IMG/VR virus record: IMGVR_UViG_3300029705_000098
DNA: 20,000 nt
Direction: 5' to 3' (one strand)
DNA from: an uncultured virus (IMG/VR IMGVR_UViG_3300029705_000098)
Taxonomy: Duplodnaviria; Heunggongvirae; Uroviricota; Caudoviricetes
Position numbers and translations under genes: made by a program. This document shows, piece after piece, positions 1-8,063 of the stretch (its first letter is position 1; every line of letters begins with the position of its first letter). The notes under the pieces are model-generated. The model saw only the letters and a program-made list of their open reading frames with translations. It was not told the DNA's origin and ran no database searches.

Positions 1-203
1 ATGTAGCGTCTAAACCCGTTGTGCTTTAAGTAAGCACTCCAAATAGCATTTGAAGATGGCATATCTTTTAATTTATATCCTTGCGTAGTTACACCTAAGT
101 AAGATGTGTCCCAATCTTGATTAAGAGCCAACGAGATTGCTCGTACAACACAGTCACCTACAAGATTTGCTTTGGGATTAGGATTATAGTATTGCCAACC
201 CAC
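1..203 (-). CDS. Conserved hypothetical phage protein (YYNPNP...GDCVVRA type), running off the left edge
   Basis: Not in the ORF track. Translated by hand from GTG at 203, with RBS GAGAAGGT ~8 nt upstream: MGWQYYNPNPKANLVGDCVVRAISLALNQDWDTSYLGVTTQGYKLKDMPSSNAIWSAYLKHNGFRRY..., open to the edge. I recall this motif from post-lysis genes of gut Firmicutes phages. Confidence 0.8.
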   Translation of the reverse strand, partial: MGWQYYNPNPKANLVGDCVVRAISLALNQDWDTSYLGVTTQGYKLKDMPSSNAIWSAYLKHNGFRRY

Positions 204-207
204 AGAC

Positions 208-306
208 TTATACCTTCTCGCTCTGTATTAAAATAAGGAAAGCAATTACTTCGTTACATTTGTAACGTTCCATTATTTCTAATAGTTCGTTGCTTATGTC
301 TCTCAT
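208..306 (-). CDS. Small hypothetical protein, 32 aa
   Basis: MRDISNELLEIMERYKCNEVIAFLILIQSEKV*; RBS-like AGGGGAAGGT at 311-320; fills the gap up to the next gene. Confidence 0.55.
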   Translation of the reverse strand: MRDISNELLEIMERYKCNEVIAFLILIQSEKV

Positions 307-339
307 AATTACCTTCCCCTTTGACATAAGCATACAAGT

Positions 340-370
340 AAAAGAGCAACCGTATTTGCACGATTGCTCT
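340..370 (-). terminator. Putative intrinsic terminator or attenuator hairpin after the HTH gene
   Basis: Minus strand AGAGCAATCGT-GCAAAT-ACGGTTGCTCT (11-bp stem with one U-G pair) followed by TTTACTT. Confidence 0.6.
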
Positions 371-394
371 CTAAAAATTTTATGAAAATTGTAC

Positions 395-595
395 TTAAAT
401 TACCCTAAGTATCTTGTTCTTTACTGACTTTGCTAATTTAGAAACCTTGCTTTCTGATATGTTCATCTTTATCGAGATTTGAAAGTTGCTATAATGCTTT
501 GCCCGAAGATTGAAATATTCGAGTTCATCTGGGGTAAAGTTGCACTCTTTTCTAAATCTTTCAAGTTCCCGCTCTACGAAGTCATATAATTTCAT
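395..595 (-). CDS. LuxR/GerE-like (sigma region-4-like) stand-alone HTH protein
   Basis: FTPDELEYFNLRAKHYSNFQISIKMNISESKV fits the LT.RE..V..L...G.S..EIA..L.IS..TV pattern; ATGA overlap with the endolysin stop. Confidence 0.8.
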   Translation of the reverse strand: MKLYDFVERELERFRKECNFTPDELEYFNLRAKHYSNFQISIKMNISESKVSKLAKSVKNKILRVI

Positions 596-1347
596 ACCGC
601 GCTAAGATATGACATAGATACCCACATACCACTTCCTATTTTTGCCCAGTTACCGTTTGTTTCAAAAACAGATACTAACGCTCCATTGTAGAGTTCACCT
701 ACTTTATTTGCGTCATTCTGGGCAACAACGGGAGTGCTCCTTATGGCCAAGAACGTATGAATGTTCACAACTCTATACGTTTTTACTATATCAGGTTCGG
801 GCTCAGGAGTTGGTTGAGGCTTAGGTTCAGCCTCATACTTGATAAGAGGTAATTTACCCCACTCGTCCCATTCACTCGCTTTTGATTTTACCGTGCCGTA
901 TGCGTGTCCTTTGGCTTCTACAACAGTTCCGCTATTGTCGACGATAAACCCAACATGGTGTCTTATACCGTTTTTTACTTTGAAGACACCAAGTCCAATT
1001 TTTTCACTGGGGAGAGTATTAATCTTTCCTTTTTCGGTGCACTTATTGTATAAAGTATTTGAGCCCCAATCTTCACTAGCCTTGTAGGTTGGAGTCTTAT
1101 CTTCCATACTCTTTGCCCATAAGAACCACTTGAAAAGTCCTGCACAATCTGTTACAGGCTTTCCGAAGTCATCAACGAAACTAGCTTCAGTCCAACTCTT
1201 AGGCGGATAATACTGAGTATAGTCAGCCTTTTTCTGATTGTACAGACTACGGCTTGCCTTTTGCCCAAAACAGCCCATCCAGTAAGCAGTCCCAACTACC
1301 TCAAGACAGAATTTCGCAAGATTAGTATTGGTACGCTCAATAGCCAT
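592..1347 (-). CDS. Endolysin: NlpC/P60-like cysteine hydrolase, Pro/Glu linker, SH3b cell-wall-binding domain
   Basis: GTAYWMG...DCAGL (catalytic Cys), HHVGF (His), VVEAKGHAYG; EPKPQPTPEPEP linker; LAIRSTP...VGELYNGALVSVFETNGNWAKIG...WVSMSYL SH3b motif; follows the holin. Confidence 0.92.
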   Translation of the reverse strand: MAIERTNTNLAKFCLEVVGTAYWMGCFGQKASRSLYNQKKADYTQYYPPKSWTEASFVDDFGKPVTDCAGLFKWFLWAKSMEDKTPTYKASEDWGSNTLYNKCTEKGKINTLPSEKIGLGVFKVKNGIRHHVGFIVDNSGTVVEAKGHAYGTVKSKASEWDEWGKLPLIKYEAEPKPQPTPEPEPDIVKTYRVVNIHTFLAIRSTPVVAQNDANKVGELYNGALVSVFETNGNWAKIGSGMWVSMSYLSAV

Positions 1348-1350
1348 AAG

Positions 1351-1635
1351 TTACTCCTCGCTGAACAGTGTTTTAAGTTTCTTAACAACCTGATTTACAC
1401 CTGTTGCGGCAAGTCCAGAAAATCCGCCGATTACACTTGCAGTAAGCCAATCAGACGCAGGGATAATATTTGGAATTGTATAGAACGATACAAGTCCAAG
1501 AATAACACCTACGATTGCACAAATGCCAGGAATAAAGTCATTAAGTTTCTCATTCTTGAATAACTTAACGATGTAACCCACAAGATAACAGAAACCTACA
1601 ATTACGGGTACTGTTACGATTTCACCAATATTCAT
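1351..1635 (-). CDS. Holin (A118/Hol118-like, about 3 TM segments)
   Basis: Three hydrophobic stretches, GLAATGVNQ motif, basic C-terminal region, directly upstream of the endolysin; RBS AAGGAGGAG. Confidence 0.9.
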   Translation of the reverse strand: MNIGEIVTVPVIVGFCYLVGYIVKLFKNEKLNDFIPGICAIVGVILGLVSFYTIPNIIPASDWLTASVIGGFSGLAATGVNQVVKKLKTLFSEE

Positions 1636-1739
1636 TGTTTGTCTCCTCCTTTATCATTTCGTATAAATATTGCCATAAATGCAAATATTCCACAAAGTAG
1701 TATAACTAAAACCAGCGTCCAAAACTCGTAATCTATCAT
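1632..1739 (-). CDS. Single-TM microprotein, 35 aa
   Basis: MIDYEFWTLVLVILLCGIFAFMAIFIRNDKGGDKQ*; ATGA overlaps at both ends (upstream stop 1736-1738, holin start 1633-1635). Below the ORF-track size limit. Confidence 0.75.
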   Translation of the reverse strand: MIDYEFWTLVLVILLCGIFAFMAIFIRNDKGGDKQ

Positions 1740-1984
1740 ATATTAAGTAATTTTTGAACTTGCTTTTCAATATCTTCAAGTTTTTCCCGAAAAGATAATA
1801 CATCTTTTTCCAGAAGTATAACCTTCTCTTTAAGTTTATCTTGATTGCTGATATACTTATCAAGTTTAATCTCTAATTGCTCTATACGATAATTAGAGAG
1901 TTTGCTTGAAATCATAATACCGCTTATTGAACCCGTAACTGTTCCTATAAGGGCTATGATTGCAACAAGAACCTCGCTGTCCAT
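1736..1984 (-). CDS. Holin-associated membrane protein (N-terminal TM plus coiled coil; 'hemolysin XhlA-like' phage family)
   Basis: Hydrophobic VLVAIIALIGTVTGSISGIMIS, then the SKLSNYRIEQLE motif and a heptad coiled coil; RBS AAGGAGG. Confidence 0.85.
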   Translation of the reverse strand: MDSEVLVAIIALIGTVTGSISGIMISSKLSNYRIEQLEIKLDKYISNQDKLKEKVILLEKDVLSFREKLEDIEKQVQKLLNI

Positions 1985-2014
1985 TGTGATTGCCCTCCTT
2001 ACCCATTTTTCTTT

Positions 2015-2045
2015 ATTATAACATTTTATACCACCAAGTGTGCAA
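2015..2045 (-). promoter_or_regulatory. Putative sigma-A promoter for the lysis cassette
   Basis: Perfect extended -10 TGTTATAAT (2023-2015); TTGCAC 19 nt upstream of the hexamer (suboptimal spacing); lies in the intergenic gap before the lysis genes. Confidence 0.65.
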
Positions 2046-2055
2046 ATTAAATGGC

Positions 2056-2080
2056 GTTTGTCTGAAAATTATCTTTCAGA
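2056..2080. promoter_or_regulatory. Inverted repeat / CodY-box-like site
   Basis: TCTGAAA-N6-TTTCAGA at 2061-2080; minus-strand AATTTTCAGACAAAC matches the CodY consensus AATTTTCWGAAAATT at 12/15. Confidence 0.35.
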
Positions 2081-3206
2081 TTACATACCTATACTCACCA
2101 CTCCAGTATAATTTTGAACCACTTGGTATAGTAGTAACAGAAATAAGGGTGTGATATGTTTTGCCGTAAGTTTGAACAGAGCCATACCCGTCTGTGCCCA
2201 CATTATGCGCGTAGGAACCCAAACCCGCGGGATGTAAAATCATATGTAACTCCGCACCATCATCATATTGTAAGATAATGTCAGGTTGCTTGTTGACCAT
2301 TAAATACGCGGATTCCAAATCTGCCTTAACAATTACTAATTCATCATTAGGAATAACAATATTAACAACATTCTGATTTACATACTGCATACCATAATAT
2401 TTGCTAAATCTAATATCGTCAAGCAACTCAATATATACTTCCACGTTCATAGTGTCAGTAAGGCTATAAACTCTCGTTTCCAAAATTGCAGGTGTTGCAC
2501 CCTCAAAAGTATTACCTGTGATTGTTTGAGCAAAATACAGCTTATTCTTTGCTACAAACCTTACAGTGCCCCAATAAATTCCATCAGAAGTTATCTCTTG
2601 GTTATTTACTAGTATTTTTAAATCCAACTCTTCTGCGGTAGGACAATCAACGCCCCCGACATTAACACTGTGGTTACCTCCTGTCCACAAGCCTCCACTC
2701 CAACCCGTTTTGTCAATCGAAAACGGTCCAATAATGTCGGTTGAGGCGGTCATATAATGTTTCTGCTCTACAAAACCAATATCATCTACCAAAAAACCAA
2801 GTCCAACATTAACTAATTGGAATAAATTATTAGGTCCGCGTCTATGAAACTCTCTAGCCAAGAATAATCCCTCGCCAAGATAAGCAAAGTGTGTATACTG
2901 ATTATTACTTACCAGTAGACAATTTTCTTTTCTGATTACAGCATCCTCATATCGGCAGGCATATGAAGTAACACCCGTAGAAGTTTTTTCATTGATATAC
3001 AGATATCCGTCATATTCGACATCAAAGAAACAAATATGATTTGTATAATCAGCAGGATATTCGGAGCCACCACAAGTGATAACTTGTTTTATTGGGGTTG
3101 ATTGTCCCCCGACAATAAGCGACTGCCCGATAACGACAATGCAACCGCCAACAGTTGTAACAAAGCCGATTAACTGATTAACTGTGAATGAAATTGTGTT
3201 GTCCAT
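2076..3206 (-). CDS. Apparent chimeric protein: holin-like hydrophobic N-terminus fused to a beta-rich tail-fibre/RBP-like C-terminal region
   Basis: 379-aa ORF in the track (GTG 3215); ATG 3206 is better placed after GAGGCGGTGA. N-terminus MDNTISFTVNQLIGFVTTVGGCIVVIGQ; the rest is beta-strand-like and lower in GC. Confidence 0.7.
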   Translation of the reverse strand: MDNTISFTVNQLIGFVTTVGGCIVVIGQSLIVGGQSTPIKQVITCGGSEYPADYTNHICFFDVEYDGYLYINEKTSTGVTSYACRYEDAVIRKENCLLVSNNQYTHFAYLGEGLFLAREFHRRGPNNLFQLVNVGLGFLVDDIGFVEQKHYMTASTDIIGPFSIDKTGWSGGLWTGGNHSVNVGGVDCPTAEELDLKILVNNQEITSDGIYWGTVRFVAKNKLYFAQTITGNTFEGATPAILETRVYSLTDTMNVEVYIELLDDIRFSKYYGMQYVNQNVVNIVIPNDELVIVKADLESAYLMVNKQPDIILQYDDGAELHMILHPAGLGSYAHNVGTDGYGSVQTYGKTYHTLISVTTIPSGSKLYWSGEYRYVI

Positions 3207-3207
3207 A

Positions 3208-5460
3208 TCACTCACCGCCTCGCTTCTTGCTTATCGGTTCATCGCCGATAGTCTTGATTTCTTCTTTCGGCTCGTCAATTTCTTTCGTCTTTTCGGTATC
3301 TTCGCTTTCCTCTGTCGGTTCTTCTTCGCTACCGCTATTGCTACTGCCCAAGAACACACCGCCAAGTGATTTAGCACCGCCACCGCCAGAATGATTACTT
3401 ACATACTGCTCAACACTCACCTTGTATTCCACTGCACAATCACCTGTATCTGCGTAGATATTGTTTGTGCCGTTGAGTGTGATGATAGGCTCTCCGTCAG
3501 GTAAAGCAATGACGTAAGATGTTCCGAGAGGATAAACAACCTGTGCTCCTGTTGTCGGTGTTGCACCTTGCGAATAGGCATCCATAGAACTTATCCACGG
3601 CTCGTTTATTGCCTCTCCGTTGTAAGACGCAATATAATTGTGTGTTACCTCAAACTGCCTATGTCCTGCCTTGTCCTGCGTGAAATGACCACCATAGTAA
3701 GTGCCACCGAGGTTGATTACTTCGGTATTGCCGTTGTATGGTTTAAAAAAAGCAGCTACATCTATCTCAAACTCTAAATTATAACGAGCCATTATCTTGT
3801 TATATGTTTCTTCTGTTTGTGGATAGAAAATCAAGCCTGTTAAGATAATGCTTGCGTCACCAATAGCGGTGTTCTTTTTGTTTGTTTGAGGTGCACCGTT
3901 CTGTACAACCCAGCGATACTCTCTTGTTGTTATTTGTTCTGTTCCGTCCCACTTGCTATCTACAAAGCCAAAACTAATGCCCGACAAATCAACCGATACG
4001 TCTTTGTCAATCAGAGATACGTTTATAACCGCATTGGGAACGCACGACCTCAAAACATAGTACGAACTTCTCACCGCTACCCAATCGCTAAATGGCTTTA
4101 CGTCCACAAGATTGTCTCCGCACTTCGCAAGGCTAATCTTACTCCAACCGCTTATCGGCAAAGGCGAGGCAGGTGTAGGTGTTCCGCTTTTCTGCACCGC
4201 ATTTACATCAACCTCTAATGACTTGATAGGCAGAGCCAAGTCTGTCTCAAAGTTCGCAACACCACCGCTTGCCGTATCATCAGGCAGGATATTATAGACA
4301 ATATCATCAACTTGTGCTTTGGTGTAGGTAGTGCTCTTATCGGCTTTATCGTCAAGAAGATCATCAACTTCGCTATTGGTATAAATGCCGTCAAGTCTCG
4401 CTCTGACCTTATTGCCGTTAGCGTCAAACTCGAACTTTACGTTTGTCGTGTCCTCAAAATCAACCGCACCGCTTGAAATGCCGTTGCCAAGAACTTCTGT
4501 TCCGTTGACCTTGATGTTACGCCAAGTGTCGTTATCTTCATCACCAGACGGAATATAAACCCATTCAGAGCCGTTGGAAATGAATGCATCACCGACCTTT
4601 GCGGTCTGTCCTGCGTATGTTCCGTCAGTAATAACCTTGTACGTCCAACCCTCATTATAATCACTTGCAACAGGCAGAACTTCAATCGTACCGCCTGTGC
4701 CTAATGTTCCCTTAAAGACCATAGGTGCAGGAAGATTGTCAATACGTCTGTCAAGGCGTGAGATTTCGCTTGTAAGGCTCTTGTTTCTGTTAAAGGTTAA
4801 ATCACCTGCAAGGGTTTCATTACCACTCCAGTCGAGTATACGAGCGTTAGAGCGTTCTCTTATACCCGTGCCGTTGCCGATAATCTCAATATAGTTGCCT
4901 CTTCCCGATGAAGACACCGTGCTATCGTCAGGCGTGTTGAACTCACCAAAGACGTGCTGACTTCTGTGGTTTGCAACTGTACTCCTACCCCCAGCAAACG
5001 AAGCATAACCGCTTGCTGTATTTCCGTCACCAACAGCCACCGACCGATTACCAACATCGCCCGGTTTTCGGTTAAGACTTAACGACCCTGTTCCTGTCGG
5101 GTTAGCCTTGTCCAGTTTATTTGCAAGAGCACTTGTTACATCAGTAGAGTCAGCCTTGCCGTCAACAACACCTGAAAGAGTATCAATAGCAGATTTCACG
5201 CTCTGTACATCATCAGCAAGTTTGATATTAAGCCACTTCTCACTATCAAACTCTTCGGGTTCGTCAATAGCGGTAATGCACCTATAAAGCAGACTTTCTT
5301 GGATTACATACTCGCCTACCGCATAAGTTCTCTCACTAGAGTATTTATTCGCAATAACCTTAACAGCCGTATCGCCGTCAATAACATAAACAGAACCAAA
5401 GTCCACATCAAGGTTCTCATTAGAACTTTCAAATGTAACATCTAATTCAACGTCAGCCAT
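3208..5460 (-). CDS. Mosaic tail fibre / receptor-binding protein
   Basis: CBM5/12-like YSSERTYAVGEYV...LYRC...W; YadA-head-like SVAVGDGNTASGYASFAGG; KADKSTTYTKAQVD fibre repeat; GTPTPASPLPISG motif; acidic C-terminal tail. Confidence 0.85.
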   Translation of the reverse strand: MADVELDVTFESSNENLDVDFGSVYVIDGDTAVKVIANKYSSERTYAVGEYVIQESLLYRCITAIDEPEEFDSEKWLNIKLADDVQSVKSAIDTLSGVVDGKADSTDVTSALANKLDKANPTGTGSLSLNRKPGDVGNRSVAVGDGNTASGYASFAGGRSTVANHRSQHVFGEFNTPDDSTVSSSGRGNYIEIIGNGTGIRERSNARILDWSGNETLAGDLTFNRNKSLTSEISRLDRRIDNLPAPMVFKGTLGTGGTIEVLPVASDYNEGWTYKVITDGTYAGQTAKVGDAFISNGSEWVYIPSGDEDNDTWRNIKVNGTEVLGNGISSGAVDFEDTTNVKFEFDANGNKVRARLDGIYTNSEVDDLLDDKADKSTTYTKAQVDDIVYNILPDDTASGGVANFETDLALPIKSLEVDVNAVQKSGTPTPASPLPISGWSKISLAKCGDNLVDVKPFSDWVAVRSSYYVLRSCVPNAVINVSLIDKDVSVDLSGISFGFVDSKWDGTEQITTREYRWVVQNGAPQTNKKNTAIGDASIILTGLIFYPQTEETYNKIMARYNLEFEIDVAAFFKPYNGNTEVINLGGTYYGGHFTQDKAGHRQFEVTHNYIASYNGEAINEPWISSMDAYSQGATPTTGAQVVYPLGTSYVIALPDGEPIITLNGTNNIYADTGDCAVEYKVSVEQYVSNHSGGGGAKSLGGVFLGSSNSGSEEEPTEESEDTEKTKEIDEPKEEIKTIGDEPISKKRGGE

Positions 5461-5791
5461 CTTGAGCCTCCTCTACTTGAATAACTCCGCCCTTGTAAAT
5501 TTCTAAAATATCTTCATCATTGCCCTCATTAGCAAGCGCAGTCCCATCGTCAAGTAAAATACGTAACTGAATGATAGCATCTCCCGCTTTAAGATTGAGC
5601 GTATCGTCTTGCGTAAGGGTTACAAGTATCTTTTTATTCTCATAATCAAATACGCAATCAGAGATAGTCTTGTCTACTTTAGGCTTTTTCTGTTGAGAGA
5701 TATAAAACCATACCTGAACTACATCGTGTAAATCAATATCATTTTTGATATTAGCACAGATTGTTGGAGTTGTTCCACGAATAATGCTCAT
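5453..5791 (-). CDS. BppU-like baseplate upper / fibre-attachment protein
   Basis: IIRGTTPT...VTLTQDDTLNL..G...IQLR pattern; immediately precedes the fibre gene. Confidence 0.75.
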   Translation of the reverse strand: MSIIRGTTPTICANIKNDIDLHDVVQVWFYISQQKKPKVDKTISDCVFDYENKKILVTLTQDDTLNLKAGDAIIQLRILLDDGTALANEGNDEDILEIYKGGVIQVEEAQDG

Positions 5792-5803
5792 ATTATTTCT
5801 CCT

Positions 5804-7375
5804 TTACTCGTATACCTCTTGAAGCGTGTATTCTACGGTCATCGCCTGCGAACCACTCTTCTGAATAGGGGTAGGCAAGTTGAACAGCGTAGTGTTTAAC
5901 ATCTTGTTTGCAAGGATAAATCTTTCAGTATACAGCGGATTGCTGTTACCGCCTACTCCGATTGCAAAGAACGAAGGCTTATATGTGTTACCAAAAGCCA
6001 TTGAGTAAGAGTTACTTGAGGCACCTGTAAGACTTGCGTTCTTACAACTATATCCTGTTGTTCCATTTACAACTATTCCGCTAACATTTCCCATTTCATT
6101 CCACTGGTTACCACAAGAAACTAATAATTCACCACCATAAGCAGGCTGTGTGTAGTAACCCTGTGCGGTGTTAAACGTCACTGTTGTCTGGTCAGATTGA
6201 TTTGTAAAGTTAATCTTTTTATATCCATTAACAGATAAACCAGCTTCAGGTGCAGTAGGAAAATAGAAGTAGTTTCCTGACTTAATGATTGCGTTAGTAT
6301 TTATTCTACGTCTCCAGCTATATCCCTCATTAAGGTTAACAACTCCTAAGCAGGCGATATTCGCTGTGTCGCTTATAACAGTACCGTGTGCAGTTTCAAC
6401 TTCGTTTTCACAATCAATAACGATATAGTTGATATGGTCCTTAGAATATGCTTGCGCTGTGCTAGTCATATTAGAGAACAGATATAACAACTTATTCTCA
6501 TAGTCAAAGTAGTAGCAAGGGTTTGTATAGAATGTGATATTGCTGGAAGTAATTTTGAATTTCCTAACAAAGTCGTTATTAACATTCCATCTCTCAAACA
6601 GGCCCGCTTTTCCAAAAGGAAATCTCTTAATGTAAATCATAATTTCATTTGTAGAAAAGATGTTGACAGTATCAGTATACTGTCCGTCACTTCCAATCTT
6701 AAATACAAAACCATGATAATCGTCATACTGGCCAAAGAGTGTTTCATCAGAAATCAAGCACTTTGCAGGCGTAGCAACCTGAGTAAAAGAACTCGCGTTG
6801 ATTATATCGAACGGCACAAAGTTTTGAAATGCGTATGTGTTAGAACCAAGTCCTGCGTCTCCTGTATCTGTATGTGTAAGAGACAGTGCAGAGATAGTTC
6901 CATTGCCGTGAGTAGTTCCCCACTCATACACGTACTTAACTTCATTTTCAGAAAATGCGTATGCCGCTGTTGTAGGATTTCCTCTGCGTAAGTCATCGTC
7001 ATGGCTGGAGTCTATTGTTGTTTGTCCAGCATGAGCAACAAGATGATTTACGTTATCTGCTTGAGGATAGTAATTGTCAGGGTCAAGCACTTGCTCACCA
7101 CCAACTTCAACAGTCGGGTGAGGATTCTGATAGAGAAGAACTCCGCCAAACCACTTCTTCCAAACACCGCTGTCGCCAAAAATCTTACTATAATCAACGG
7201 CTCCGCAGTAGTTATTTGCAAGAATGTCGCGCACCGCATTAGTGACGATGTTATCGCCCTCTATTACCTCATTCTTGCCGTTCTTACAGTTATGAAGTGT
7301 AATCTTAATATGTCCCTTGAACCTAGGCATCTTTACTTGTGAAAACCCTTCAATTTTTCTTGTGTCTTTTATCAT
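5804..7375 (-). CDS. Baseplate / receptor-binding structural protein
   Basis: KGHIKITLHN...DNIVTNA, GNGTISALSLT and terminal LPTPIQKSGSQAMTVEYTL motifs frame a beta-rich, possibly propeller-like insert; located in the tail-tip cluster. Confidence 0.7.
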   Translation of the reverse strand: MIKDTRKIEGFSQVKMPRFKGHIKITLHNCKNGKNEVIEGDNIVTNAVRDILANNYCGAVDYSKIFGDSGVWKKWFGGVLLYQNPHPTVEVGGEQVLDPDNYYPQADNVNHLVAHAGQTTIDSSHDDDLRRGNPTTAAYAFSENEVKYVYEWGTTHGNGTISALSLTHTDTGDAGLGSNTYAFQNFVPFDIINASSFTQVATPAKCLISDETLFGQYDDYHGFVFKIGSDGQYTDTVNIFSTNEIMIYIKRFPFGKAGLFERWNVNNDFVRKFKITSSNITFYTNPCYYFDYENKLLYLFSNMTSTAQAYSKDHINYIVIDCENEVETAHGTVISDTANIACLGVVNLNEGYSWRRRINTNAIIKSGNYFYFPTAPEAGLSVNGYKKINFTNQSDQTTVTFNTAQGYYTQPAYGGELLVSCGNQWNEMGNVSGIVVNGTTGYSCKNASLTGASSNSYSMAFGNTYKPSFFAIGVGGNSNPLYTERFILANKMLNTTLFNLPTPIQKSGSQAMTVEYTLQEVYE

Positions 7376-7388
7376 ACTTTACCTCCAC

Positions 7389-8063
7389 TTAACTTGCTAA
7401 CCAGCCGCGCAACTTTGAGCCATTGTCGATTGTGTCGTAAATATATGTTTCGTCAATCTCATCATACAAGCACCACTGATTATCGTTATATGCGGGTACG
7501 AATCTATGAACAAGCACATCGCTTTCATAAATTTCAAACCAAAATAAGCGCATATACACTGAATTTTGCGATGGACTCCACCCGTCAACCGCTTCTGATA
7601 AGTTTTCTATAAAAATACCCATAGGACCGTTTGCGTCTGCGATTGTTCCTGTTGTGGTCAAAGAGCGAGTGGTTGTTACATCACTCTCCCTATACCATGA
7701 GATTGCATTTCCAACTGCCTCGAAAATACAGGGTACATTTGTCCAATTTGATGATGTTGAACTTTCACCTGCAAGAATTGTATCGCCTTGGTTCCATGCG
7801 TTCTTTGTCATATAGGCAAGCTGTGTGCTGTCACCTATTGAGAAACCCATAGCGTTAGTTCTCCAGTTGCCTTGCTCATACCCAAAAATCGCACGCCACC
7901 CACCGCTTATAGCGTCTATTGCGGCTTTCATTTTTATTTTTGTAGTTGTCTTGTGTTTATATCCTGTGTTGAAACCAACTTTCCCAACATTATAGATATA
8001 ACTTTCATAAGACGGAGTTGGTGTCGGACTACTGCCGCCCTTTTTAACTTCATACCAAGCCAT
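7389..8063 (-). CDS. Tail-associated ConA/LamG-like lectin-domain protein
   Basis: FNTGY...IFG...MRLFWFEIYESDVLVHRFVPA...LYDEI pattern as in phage fibre lectin-like domains; short Ser/Pro/Thr linker near the N-terminus. Confidence 0.65.
   Translation of the reverse strand: MAWYEVKKGGSSPTPTPSYESYIYNVGKVGFNTGYKHKTTTKIKMKAAIDAISGGWRAIFGYEQGNWRTNAMGFSIGDSTQLAYMTKNAWNQGDTILAGESSTSSNWTNVPCIFEAVGNAISWYRESDVTTTRSLTTTGTIADANGPMGIFIENLSEAVDGWSPSQNSVYMRLFWFEIYESDVLVHRFVPAYNDNQWCLYDEIDETYIYDTIDNGSKLRGWLAS

Noticed and set aside
321..350. Plus-strand TTGACA at 321-326 as an antisense promoter
   Set aside because: No -10 element at 16-18 nt spacing (GAGCAA at 17).
371..394. CATAAAAT on the minus strand as a sigma-E/sigma-K sporulation promoter -10
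   Set aside because: No convincing matching -35 element, and the motif is too common in AT-rich DNA.
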